64,000 bases of DNA from Bilabrum cf. latius (Eukaryota): the NCBI GenBank assembly GCA_965178125.1, contig OZ237762.1, positions 744,001 to 808,000 on the forward strand, in the 5' to 3' direction. Numbering within the stretch: position 1 is the first letter of the stretch; every line of letters starts with the position of its first letter. Shown in pieces: positions 12,757 through 25,199 of this stretch. The position numbers were made by a program, and so were the translations under genes. A model generated the notes under the pieces. It searched no databases, was not told the origin of the DNA, and worked only from the letters and a program-made list of their open reading frames with translations.

Positions 12757-15700
12757 TCACGCCTCCCCAAGCTGCATTTTCGAGAGCTCGGCCAGAAGCG
12801 CTTGCTGCGCCCTTGGGGTTGCTTCCCAGACGGCGGTGGGCAGCACCCGGACCGCTTGCCAGGCAGCCCGCACAGGGAGAGCGAGCCGCTCCGGCGCGCC
12901 CCAGTACGCGTACGCCGTGAACAGTAGCGCCGCAGCGAGCATTGCCGAGGACGTAATCAGAATGAGCCGAAACCCATCTGTGTTTACAGCGAGCGCCTCC
13001 CGCGCGTACCGGCCACTACCTCTCTCCAGCGCCACTCTGACATGAGGATACACGATCTGAATCATCCCGAACACCTTCACAATAAAGATCTCAGGCTGGG
13101 ACAGCATGAAGAGCGATAATCCGCTCTCTAGGTCGGGGTCTGGCAGGCTCAGGCGAATGGAGCGCTGCAGCCGGACGATCTGAATGGCTGCGTTCCTGAT
13201 CCCATGCGTCAAGATCTGGCCACCCACTTCGCTGCACTCGTCATACAGGTCCGAACCGTAGCAACCGTCGTCCAGCATGATTCGCCTCGCTACTACATCC
13301 TCCACAGGACCCAGCTGATTCTCCAGTCCGGTGGATTCGTCCACGAACGTCGCCCCAAGCACGATTCTCTCGCTGGTCTGCAGGATCCTTTCCTCCACGA
13401 TCTGCATCTCATCGATCAGCCGAGACCTTGTTAAATTGTTGGTAGCGAACATGAATTCGCCAGCCAAGAGGGTAGTCCTCACGAGATCACTCGCCAGTCG
13501 CTGGGAAGACACCAGCCTCTCGTTGGCAGCGATCACGCGGTTCAGCATGCTCGCAAAAAGGCTTATCCGCACGATCACCCAGGCGAACATGAGCATCACG
13601 GGGATAGATATTAGCATAGTCTGCACCGGCACGAAGGACCAGGTGTCGCTAAACCGGCGCTGGCCTTCCTTCTTGCCCCGCTTGAGGCGAGACCTCTGAC
13701 GGTTCGACCTCAGGATACCCTGCCTCTGCTTGGAGGACCCACGGTTGGGCTTGTCCGCTGGGGCGCTCCTTGAAGGAGCCAGTATCTGAGGGGTTGGCTC
13801 GTGCCCGGAATCGTTGTTATGGCTCCCTTCTCCGCCCTGCTCGATTTCATCCGTTGCCTGGACGCCAGGGCAGCTCGAGTCACTCGAAGTCTTCGGCTCG
13901 GAGCGTTCTCGGCCCGTCACACGGTCGTGCGACCCGGCTGCAGGCACGTCTGCTTCTGCCGCGGAGTCGCTGTCAGTGCCAGTGCTTTCTTGGGGGTCAT
14001 CGTGGGCAACATCCTGCCCGACCGCCGCATCTTGCCCGGATTGCTCGCGCGATTCTGCGGCAATGCTGAGAGCAGGCGTGCCCAGTTCGTCGTTGTCTTC
14101 GTCGTACGGCGCCACGGTGGAGTCGTGCGCTGATCGACCGCCCGAGGACGCCTCCCGTGGATGAACAGAGGAGCCATGCGAAGCAGAGCGACGCCCCCGG
14201 CCCCTACCTCTCTCTCGATGGGACTCTGCTTGCTTCCTCCCCTTGCTTTCAGACCCCGCATCGTCGAATCCCTCCTCGTCGAGGATGTCCTGCAGGTCGT
14301 TGTCATCGTCCTCCTCCTCCATGTCGTCTAGCTGGTTCGCCAGCTTGGTGAGTCGCCTTAGAGTCCGTGCCTTGAGCTTCTTTGCGGTCCCTGACGGCAC
14401 CATAAACACGATCTGAGCCACCCGGACTGTCTTCTCTCGGATAGAGTTCAGCGCTCGGTAGATCAGGACCAGGAACACTCCGAGCGAAATGAACAACAGG
14501 GCGGCGTAGATCGCAGCAAAGGTCGCGAGTGATTGGTTGAACGAGTCCACAACGTCGAGTTGCCGCAGGGACATGCTCTGATTCATCGCACGCATGTACT
14601 CCTCCCGGTTGCTTGTAATCACGCCAAAGGTTGGCGAAACAATGTTCATGCTGGCAGTGTCGTTGGTAGCCGCAACCTTTAGCATGATACTGCTAAGGAA
14701 TGTGCCCATCTCTTGCAGGGAAGCATCGAATACCTTGTCCTGGCCAATCGTGGCTGAAGGCTCGACCAGTGTCCACTGCCTGACTCTAGCGTCCTCTCCG
14801 GCGCGGTCGCTGTACAGGCCTCCGTCTGTACCCAGCATCTCGCGCAGTCGCTGTTCATGCCGGTTCGAATTCACAACAAAGTCTTCAAACTCGGCACGGA
14901 GTCGCGCGGCGCCACGGGACGGAAAGATGCCAGCTTGCTATGCTGCAACGCTCATGTAGATGGAGTCGCACGTCTGGAACGCAAGGAGCTGGTCGGTTGA
15001 CGCAAACACCAACGCGATGGTCTGGTCGAGTGCCATTCGCATAACCTCACCGATAGGCATGGAGGCGATCCCGGCCAGCAGGGCAACTAGGATGGTCACC
15101 ATGAACGTGCACTTGACGGCGTGCACGTGCCGCTCTGCTGCCGTGGCACCGTGCCGTACGGCCTTGGATAATCGGCTCAAGAGCTTCTCTTTCTCAGAGG
15201 ACTGCGATGAATCGCCGTCCTGCTTGTCAGACTCTTGCTCAGCTAGCTGCCTGTTTGTGCCCGCCCCGTGCGCCTCATCTAAGCCCGCATGCATGGCAGC
15301 AGTGGCGCTGATGACAGACGGCCCTGAGCTGTAGGTGGCTAGTGCGTGCGGCTTGGATGCCTTCACAAAGCCAGAGGGCGGCCTCATCCTCGACAGGGTA
15401 TTCATTGACCCATGCCCGTGCCCGTGCCCGTATGAGCCCTGCTGCACCCTGCCCACGAAGCTGCCCCGACGGTGACCCACGTGCTGTGCGGGCCGGCGAA
15501 TTCTGCTTGCGGGCTATTGCATGGGATGGACAGGGCTTGCCGAGCTGAGGATACCGGGCTGCTGGTCCGACGGCTGGTCCCCAGCAGTGATGGCCACTTC
15601 AGGTTCGTCATCTTGGCTGCCGATGTCCTGAACCCCATCATTCGACTGGCTTGGGGCAGCGCTCGCATCACCTTCTACTCGGTTGGCAAGGAGGACTTGC

Positions 15701-18700
15701 TCTTGCAAGGCCTCCCTCTCCACCTGGCTCGGCATCCTCCATCGCAGCATGAAACACGATCGACCCACCTGATCAGACACGTCCTGCACCGAGCCGAGCA
15801 CCAGGTCGGTCTTATCAGCCGCATTCTGCACCGGGATGAGCGCCGTCTCGTATACACGAATCAGTGGCTTGGGCCTCAGATTCCGTGGAAGCTTCGGCAT
15901 GCGCACCTACTGCCGTGTACTGTCATCGCCCTGCTCGCTTGCCCACTGGATGCCGCGCTTCGTTCCGAGCTCCTTGGCCTGGGCACCAGTAGGTGTCGTG
16001 CGAGACTTGTCGACGTTTTCCATCCAGGATCCTTTCCTCCCAATGGTAGATTCTCTCAACAAGGCTGGCATCTCATCGCTGCCGTCACGCCCCTTGCCGC
16101 CGCCCGGCCGGAGGGCCCGAATCCGTTTCACGAGCTAAACGCAATGCCTCACCGACACTGATTCTTGCGTTCCAGAAGTGGCTTCAACATTCAGAATCCC
16201 CTCGAGGATAGGGGCATCCCAACGGCCCGCACGGAGGCCGACAGAGTCGGCAGTTGGGAAGTAGCGACTTAAGGGCAGCGGCTCCCGCTGCAGCTGCTCG
16301 CTGTCCGTGCCCAGAAGCAGCATCGACCGAGCGCTCGCTGACAGCACCTTGTACCCCTGGTCCCGACCTGAGAAAAAAATCACGTGCTCATCACAGCGAA
16401 GCACATCGATGCCCACAGACAGACGAGGCGCAGATGTGGCCTCATCGGGAGTCGACTCGAGCAGAGAAATGATCACGGGCAAAGCCGACCCAGATGATGG
16501 CAGCACGAACGACACCTCCGTCTCATTCAGAGCATCCGAAAAGCCGCACCGCTGCAGCCGATGCAGTCGCTGGTTGTAGATGCCCCGCACAGGCTCAGGC
16601 AGCAGCGTCTGGAACGACAGGCCCGTGATCTGGCTCGTGTTGGCAAAGCCAAACACACGACACGTCGACGGCGAGGCCGACAGGATCTCGCCCACGCTCC
16701 CATCGGCCACGCTCAGCGTCAGGTTGGCGGCGTTGTCGTCCAGCAGGTCCACCTGAGGGGCCTCCGACCCCAGCACCACATGCCGCACCGCCTTGGCCCG
16801 CTGCCGCGTGTGTCTCTCCTCCAGCCGGTCCGCCTTGTTGAACAGCTCCATGGCCGTCAACGGGTCGTTCATCAGCTCCACCAGGAACTCCGCATACCCA
16901 CGCGCCACCAGCGCGCCTTGGTTCAGACGCAGCATGGTCCGGTACAGCTCGTCCGTCTTCCTCAGGTCAGTCTCGATCTCCTGCCCCACGCCCACCACCG
17001 TGGCCAGCTCCAGCTTGTGCCCAGCCAGATGGTCCCACAGCTTGAGGATGCTGCGCATGGCCGCCACCTTGCTCTCCTGCGCCTGCCGCGACAGCGACTC
17101 GAAGATCACCCGGTCCAGTGCCGACAGCTTGCTCGAGTCCGCGCCTTCCCGCAGCTCCCGAGTGCGCCCGTACACGTACGCCTCCAGGTCCAGAGACGGA
17201 GACCGCAGCCGGGCCTGGGCCAGGGCCTGCGCCTCGGCGAAGTTGTTCTCGAAGCAAAACTGGTGGTAGAACTCCGCCGCCAGCACGTGCGCCATGGCCG
17301 TCTGTCCGAAGTGAGCCGCCATCTGCCGGTAGGCCCGCTCTGCCGTGTACAGCCTGTGCTCGTCCTCCCTGTGCCTGCGGGTGGCGTACTTCATATTGGT
17401 TAGCCTCCAGCCAAAGAATGTGGACTGGTCGATGCTGGCGATGTCCTCCTCTGGCGACAGCAGGCTCTGCATCACATCGTCCTCATGCCCGTCCTCCCCA
17501 TCGGCCCCGGCCTGCTTGGAGAAGTGGTTTGCCTGAGCGTCGAGCCGAGCCATGCTGCCCGCATCGGTGCGCACGGTAGGCGCGTATGCCACAGTACCGG
17601 CCCCGTCCAGCATGCCCCCGTACTTGCCGCCATCCTGCACAGACCCACGGGCGGGGCCGGGATCCGACGACTTGCCGCCGGAGCTGCCTCCCGCCACAGA
17701 CGCTGCTCCTCCCCCACCACCAGCGGTTGGCAGCTCCTGCAGATACTCGGCCGCGTCTGCTTGCTGATCTCCGTCCCGCACGCTGCCCATGGTGGCGTTG
17801 TCCGCTGTGCGCCCATACTCCGCATCCTCATCATCGTTCCCAGCGTCCCGCCCGATGCGGCCCCCGTACCTGGGCCTGCGACGGATCGGCACGGCGTGCT
17901 GCCCCTTGCGGGACTGCTCCACAGACGACCCCCGCGACTCCACCACGCGCGAGTACTCCTGCATGCGGTGCCGCGCCCACACGTCCAGATGCACAAGGCT
18001 CTCGCACGCCTCCAGGGGAAGAGCAGCGATGAACTGCTCGTGCATGTAGCACGCCAAGAAGCCACCGCAGTACGCCAGCACAGACCCAAGGTACAGCAGC
18101 AGCGACTGGTCCCCGGTGTCCGTGTAGCGGGCCAGCGCCAGCACCAGCGTGCTCCACAGGAACACGGACGCGAACCCTGCCTGCATCGCATTCATGCCCG
18201 GGTGCACGAACGGCAGGTACCGCACGGCCATCCCCAGCCAGGCGGCCCCGGCGAGGAGCAGCAGGACGACGAGGACCCACGAGTCGAGGACGAAGTCCCT
18301 GAAGACGCTGTAGCAGAGCACGAGGGCGACCTTGACGAGGAGCATGGCGGCGTCCATCTGGCCGTGGCTCTTGGCGCTCCACGACTTGCTCGCGGGGTTG
18401 CGGTCGACGTAGGTAGCGGCCACGAAGGCGAGCAGGCCGTTATATACCAGAAACAGGAGAGATGCTAGTATTCTAGCCAAGATTGCCGCCACGTTAGAGC
18501 AATCAACGTTCGTGAACAGCCACGAGTTTTCATTTGAGCACGCAATTGCACTTGCAATAATGTTTGCGACCGGCACAGCAGCCACGGATGTTGCGATCAG
18601 GCTGAGGGTCCTAGCAATAGGCATTAGCACATCCGTGAACCCACTCTGTTTCGCTGTCGAAAATCCTGCAATATGTTTAGATTAATCCACTACATGTAGC

Positions 18701-19097
18701 GTTTGAAGCTATGGTATAAACATGTTCATTGATACATCTCGACACAATGGACCCTCTCACCGATGATGGAGTACATTATGATGACAGCAGCTGCAGCGGT
18801 GTTTACTGCCAAAACGAATCCGACGGCCACCGATGCCGAGGTAGTGTTGATGATTGAGTGCCCTGCAAGAGCTGTTGACACAGCCCGTGGCCCTGCAGCA
18901 CTCCAGGCGTTTGGAATCGCACTCCACGGGAATGATGCGAGCTAAATGCCCTCAATAGCCATACTGAGCGCAGCTATCCACCCGAATATTCCATGCTAGG
19001 CATTCAGGCTACGGGATACGCTATTCAACGCCAGAATGCCTGCATGCAGCGGTGATGTCCCTACTTTGGGGTCTCGCAGCTCGCCTTCCGAATGCAT
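12757..19097 (-). CDS. TmcB/TmcC-like multi-TM/TPR/PAS protein, paralog C (about 2,080 aa)
   Basis: ATG at 19097 (MHSEGELRDPK), intron at about 18666-18761. ORFs 16135..18630, 15907..16131, 15514..15906, 14938..15480 and 12757..14874 are one frame separated only by TAG. Ends at TGA. Confidence 0.8.
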
Positions 19098-19276
19098 GAG
19101 TCCAAAAAGTCGCGAAAAGGAGGCAAAATGTGATTAGACCTTTCGTCCAATCTGGAGCAGCAATAGCAGCCTTAAATCACTTGCACGCCAACACTTCTGA
19201 AATATGAATACTTTCGGCGGAAATCTGATTAGGGTTTAACATAACCGAACAATAAAATCTGATTTAGGGGCGGTTA

Positions 19277-20628
19277 CGCGTTTTCTCGAAGGTGTCGCAG
19301 GAGGGCTCAACCAGAGCCATGTGACGGCACTGGCTGAGCGAGTGCAAGTGGAGAGGCTCCTCTGGGATGCCTCATCTCCGCTTGCGCACGACAGATTCGC
19401 TCCAGTCGATGTAGGAGTGGCGCGAGCCACAATCTGCGCCGCCAGGTCCCAAGGAGCCGGGTCTTGGCTGCATGCGCCGCTCTCTGTCCTGAGCGAAGTC
19501 CAGCCTGAAGATGCCTGGGGCATGTTCTGCCAGCGTCTCGCCATCCCATAGCCGTGCAGCTGTCCCACGCAACCTCTTGGGGCAACGCACGGTGCATGTG
19601 GGGAGGCGTGGCGCGTCACGCAGATCTGTCCGGGATGCCGGAAGCAGGGCAAGGTTGTCAAACTGACCCAGTCAATTCGCCACGGTGCCACGTGCAAGGA
19701 CAAGCGTGTCTGCGGAGGCCTTCCAGACCGTAGGCACCTCCGAGTGCTCAACGTGCTCGAGCGGGTGGTCCACGAGGCCACGGGCAAACGCCCAATCCGA
19801 GAGCCAGAGGGCCAAGTGGCCCGGCTGCCGGGGCGGCGCGGTCCGTTCGTGCCACGAGGTGACCTGTTCTTCGAGCACGAGGGGACGGCGTATCTCATCG
19901 ATGTCACGGTGGTTGATTCTACTGCGGCAACGTACCGGTGGGACCGCTAGTCATGGAGGATTGGCAGCGACTGGCAGGAGGGGTCTGCTAGATCTATGCG
20001 GGCCGCGCGTGCCACGAAGCTGGATAGCTACGGCAGGCCCGTCGATCTCGGAGCGCTCGGCGTCCGGATCGGAGGAGAAGACAAGTGGTGTCCAGGGACT
20101 GTGAGGACACAGAAAGGGGCGGTGCCGCCGGTGCGCAGTGGCGTGCGGGTCGTACCCTTTGTGGTAGACGTGCCAGGGGGGATCGGGGAGAAGCCTGTTG
20201 AGTTTCTGTAGGTGTTCGACAAGTTGCGGAAGAAGAAGTAGAAGGACAAGGGGCTGCGGGTTTCGACTCGTCCGGCCAATGCGCGCCTCTCGTGGTCTTC
20301 TGTAGCTAAGGCTCGCCCCTCGGTCGCCGCCCAGCGCCAGGAAGTGCGCAGAAAACAGCGTATGTACCACACTATCCATGTACTCATGGGTGATGCAGGA
20401 CCACTGAAGGATCCTCGATTTTGTCTCGAAGGGATCGAGGAGGGCTGCAGCGAAGGCGAAACAGGCGCTCGTAAGGGCGGTCTGGGACGACTTTGCCAGC
20501 CTGGCTGTAGGGGCAGCCGAAAACAACAACCTCGCCGTGGCTGTCGCCAACGTCAAGGCAGGGTCGGCTCAGGACGGGCAGCAGGACGGGGTGCCGGCAG
20601 CGGGCGGCGGAGGGAACGTGCTTGCTGA
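19277..20628 (+). mobile_element. 5'-truncated CRE-like non-LTR retrotransposon: zinc knuckle + restriction-like endonuclease (RLE)
   Basis: One frame through TAGs with GAGSWLHAP, RLAIP, CPGC..H..TC, RH, EP, RGDL, IDVTVVD, K..Y and VVPFVVDVPGGIG motifs. Ends at TGA 20628. Confidence 0.8.
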
Positions 20629-20776
20629 CGCTCCCCAGGGGGAAATGCGTCCTCAAAGTGGAGCTCAGGTGGTTTAGGCCATTGCAGCTGAAGCGTGAAG
20701 TCCGGTAGGTTCCGGGCCCTCGTACCAAATGTGGTTTCGTGATAGCGTGCGTTTTTTAGTTGATTTCACAAAACTT

Positions 20777-23700
20777 CTATGAACAAACAGTTTCAGATGC
20801 TCGATGGCGATGGCTGCGTCACCGAGCCGTGCTACCCAGGCGACCTCCAGGACGCAGCCGCGGAGGAAGACATGGTACTGGCCACCAGGAAACAAAGCAT
20901 GGCCCGCATACACGAGATTTCGGATGGTCTCGCGACACCAGCCCTGCAAGAGGCGGCATTGCAGAGTGCGGTGAGCAAGCGCTGTAGATGATTGAAGGGA
21001 ACACGATGTCAACAGCAAGCTCGAGGGAGATTGCGAGCAACATGCAAGCCCAGATGCAGGAACGCCCAGCAGGCCCAGGAGGGGGCCGCCCGAAGGGCCC
21101 AACAGGACCGGACTCGGGGAAGAGCCGGTTCAAGTCCCTGGCAAAGAAGTGGGCGAAGAAGACGGAGCAGTCGAAACCGAAGATTGGCTCCGACGGGTTC
21201 CCGGTGAAGATGCCATACGCCATGGACCCAAAGAGAGACAAGGCAGCCGACGCGATGGGGCTCAAGCGCGAGTTTCTGGCTGAGGTGATGAAGAAATCAC
21301 CAGAGTTGGTGTCACTCATGTGGGAGTTCTACTGCTATCAGTTCTTGGGGTGGGTCCCCCAGGTGACGAACAGCATTTTTTCCCTAGATCGTCGCCTCGG
21401 TCTGGAGAAACCCAACTCAACCAAACTGAGGCCGATCTCAGTGAGACCCAACCTGCTTTTCCCCCTGGAGAGCATGCTGGCAGTGGAACTCGTCGCCCTC
21501 GTGGTGATGCACTGCTGCCCAGAGCAGTTCGGGGGAGGGGCAAAATGCGGAACAGACGCAATCGCTTTTGCGGCACGTTTCGTGATGGGCCTGCGAGACG
21601 AAGTTCTCCTGGTACACTGTGACGCGAAGAATGCGTTCGGGTCCATCAAACGGGCGGCAGTTCTTGAGGCACTCAAGAAGTTCAAGTCCGAGGCGCTCCC
21701 CTACGTCGCCGCTCAGTTCCGGACAGCTGGGCTGGGCTCAGTGGTGGGTGGAGATGGCGAAGTAGAGGTGACGATGAACTGTGAGGGGGTGCCCTAGGGC
21801 TCTCCTCTCAGCGCACCGATCTTCTGCCTCGCCCTCGACCGAGCACTGAAAAAGGTGCGGGAAGAGGAAGGCCACACGGGCAAGGACGTGATGTTCCTTG
21901 CAATCGCGGACGACGTGTTCATGCTAGGCCTGCATGATGATGTAGTCCCTGCTTTCGCCACACTGAAGCATGAACTCAGTGTGGATGGTCTCGAGCTGCA
22001 AGGCAGCAAGACCGCGTTCTATTCGAACTCCTCAGATGCGCTGACTCAGGTCAATGCCTCGATTGCCGCGGGCCGGCTGGAGGGACGCACCCAAGCCGAC
22101 GGGATGGTCGTGGCGGGGGTGCCCATCTCCAACAAGCGGCAGTTCGTGGAGGACTTCGTCAAGGACAGAGTCAAGAGGTGTTGTCAGCTGAGCATGTTCT
22201 GTGTGCAGCTGCCACCCTCCGAGGCTTTCCGAGCGTTCCGAGACTGCGTGAAACCCATGTGGGACCACCTTCACAGGTCGGGTACCACGCTGGGCCTCGC
22301 GGGCAGCGGCACGTTTGCCAAGTTGAAGCGTTTGTCCCAAGTGATAGGCGACTACGCTTCCAATTTCAACTCGACAATGCTCGAGAAACTGGACGATTAG
22401 CTCAGAATCGCCATTGCCAAGCAGGCAAGAAATTCGTCTCAGGCGCAAGGTGGCCTGGACATAGGTCTGGTACCCCCACTGCTGATCAGGCTCGCGATGT
22501 TTTCAGGAATGTGCCTGGACGTCGTGGCGGGTCTGTTTAGCATGGGGAAGAAGTATGACCTACCATACCTGAACTCTCTCGACTCCCTGGTCGAGCCGGC
22601 GAGAGATGGAGAGGTTGAGCAGCGGGCTCCCTCCTTTGGCTTTCACAGTGCCCCCCTGCTGGAGGTGGCAGACTGGGCCCTCAGGTACACCTTGGACAAG
22701 ATGAAGAGGCTAATTTGGGGCAAGAAGGAACTACCCAACGAGCATGAATGGAACGTACAGCCGTTCCGGCCTCTCGATACCGATTTGTTTCCCACTTTCC
22801 TGCAGACAGTATGGAACACACAGGCATTCTTAGCAGCTGCCCGGGACCTGCAGACAGGAACCAAGTTGGCAAACGTGATCATGCCCCCGCCTGGCAAATC
22901 ACTCAAGATCCCCGGAGATCCGACTCCATCCCCACCCGCAGAACCGGGACCGTCCACCGGGACGGATCGTCTCGCTCGAGCAAAGAAGGCGATACCAAAA
23001 CCCCCAGCATGGCTCATGGAGAGTAAGAACCTGTCAGACTGGGTGCATCTGAAGCTGTAGTAGGCAGGACCAGAGCGCGTCATCATGGGAGGCAACCATC
23101 AGAGCCTGCTCAGGGCTGCAGCAGCGTACGCCTAGTGCGAACGTTTTATGCTAGAGCACGAAGCAGGCAAACTGCTGGGCGAGACCCCCCTCGACTACAC
23201 GCGGCAACAACGGCAACAGGTGTAGGACGTGAGGATCGCAATTCGCTCACGCAGGAGTGCACACACAGCAGAACCCATCAGGCAATGCCACGGAGGCATC
23301 ACTGAGGCAGTCTTCTAACAGGAGGTATGCGCCAGGCTGTACGTGCCCTACGTCAAAGCGCGCCCCATCGCTCAGCTGCGGACCAAGCTGACGACAGAGG
23401 GGCAGCACGACCTCGAGAAGGAGAAGAACCACACGTGCCCGATGCCCAGGTGTGGCAAGGAGGGATATTTGCACGACCCACTGCGTTGGGCACGGTGCGG
23501 ATCAGGACAACAGCACACATTCCAGAAGGGCTTCGCCACGCGAGGCAGTGGGGAAATCGAAGGGATCCTCGGCAACATCATCAACACCGCCGTAGGATTT
23601 CGTAGAACGATGAAACCACGTGGGCTGTTCAAGGAGAGAGATAGGTACGCAGACGCGATCTACACAAGGAAGGATGGCATCAACGTAGTCGTCGACGTGC

Positions 23701-24616
23701 TTGTGGCACAAGCACACACGGGTAAGTATGCACGCCGCATTTTCGACGAAACGAAGGGACCAGGCAAGCGGTCGGGGGCAGACTGGCAGAACGAGAGCGC
23801 ACTATACGCAGGGGCTTAGGTGAAGCTGCAGACGTACTACCAACCCAAGGACCAGACGAGGCTGATCGCAGGACAGGTGCCGCCAGGAGGCAACGCACCA
23901 GGCCAACAGTATCGCAAACACCTGAAATACCCGGGGAGGTACATTCTCCGAGACTTCGTCGTTCTACACACCGGGAAACTTGGTACCGGCGCATGGAAGG
24001 TCTTAGAGGAACTGGCGAGGATCAGGCGAGAGCGAGTTGGGCCAGAGCAGAGCAAGAGCGTGGACGCACAGGTCAGGACGTGGGCCAGGCGCATCACGAT
24101 GAGTTTGGCAACGACACGGGCGAAGTACATGAACGATTATTACAAACATGTTCAGCTGGTTACTACGCGCCGTGCCATTGCCAAGGAGGAGAAGAGGAGG
24201 GAGGACGCAGAGAGAGCGGACCAGCAACAGGAAGCAGCAGCAGTGGCAGCGGCAGGTGAGGCGGCAGAGGCCGCAGCACTCGCAGCAGTCGTTGAGCAGA
24301 CCGAAGCTGAAGCCGACCAGCAGCAGGGAGAATTGCCGGTCGCACTCAACCTGCAGGGCGGAGCCCGGGGAGGAGCAGTCGCAGCTGCTGACCCTGGCGA
24401 AGCACCTCCTCAAGAGATCGAGCCCGAGGATCCAGGAGCTCCAGCTGCAGCACGACCCCACCACGGCGGGGAATAGGTACTTCTGGATCATCCTGAGTGA
24501 ACTCGGGAGTCTCGATGAGTGCTATAGAGATTAAGTGTTGGACGATGGTCCGATGCGAGATCTCAAAGGTGATGATGATGATTAGGCCTAGTAGATGTAA
24601 CGATACCGTGACGACT
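20777..24616 (+). mobile_element. CRE-like non-LTR retrotransposon, RT + RLE ORF (about 20988-24500), probably 5'-truncated
   Basis: RT motifs LRPISV, EQFGGG, DAKNAFGS, GVP*GSPLS, IADD, GVPI, GGLDIG. Then CPMPRC knuckle and RYADAIY..VVDV RLE. Continuous frame through TAGs to TGA 24500. Likely frameshift near 20980. Flanked by TTTCACAAAACTT (20764-20776, 24617-24629). Confidence 0.88.
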
Positions 24617-24629
24617 TTTCACAAAACTT

Positions 24630-25128
24630 TGCAAGAGCGTGGACGCACAGGTCAGGACGTGGGCTAGGCGCATCTCGATGAGTTTGGCAACGACACGGGC
24701 GAAGTACATGAACAACTACTACAAACGTGTTCAGCTGGTTTCCGTGCTGTGCCATTGCCAAGAAGAAGCAGAGGAGGGAGGCTGCAGAAAGAGCAGAGCA
24801 GCAACAGCAAGCAGCAGCAGTGGCAGCTGCATGTGAAGTGGCAGATGCCGCAGCACTTGCAGCAGTAGCTGAGCAGGCTGAAGCTGAAGTCAACCAGCAG
24901 CAGGGAGTCATGCCGGTCACACTCAACGCGCAGAGTGGAGTCCAGGGAGGGGCAGTCTCAGCTGCTGACCCTGGTAAAGCATCTCCTCAAGAGATTGAGC
25001 CCGAAGATCCAGGAGCTCTAGCTACATCACAACCTCACAATAACGGGGTATTGGTGTTGCTGGGTTATCCTGAGTGAACTCAGGAGCCTCGATGAGTGCC
25101 ACCGAGAGATGCGTTGGACGAGGGTCCG
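24630..25128 (+). mobile_element. Short diverged 3' fragment of the same RLE retrotransposon family
   Basis: Homologous to 24051-24550, contains a frameshift, and has the same terminal PE-TGA (25077). Confidence 0.8.
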
Positions 25129-25199
25129 GCTCACGGCGCGGCGCAAGTGTGCTTCCGCAACAAAAATAAACTCTCCTGGAGAGGCAAACGCATTCGAAA

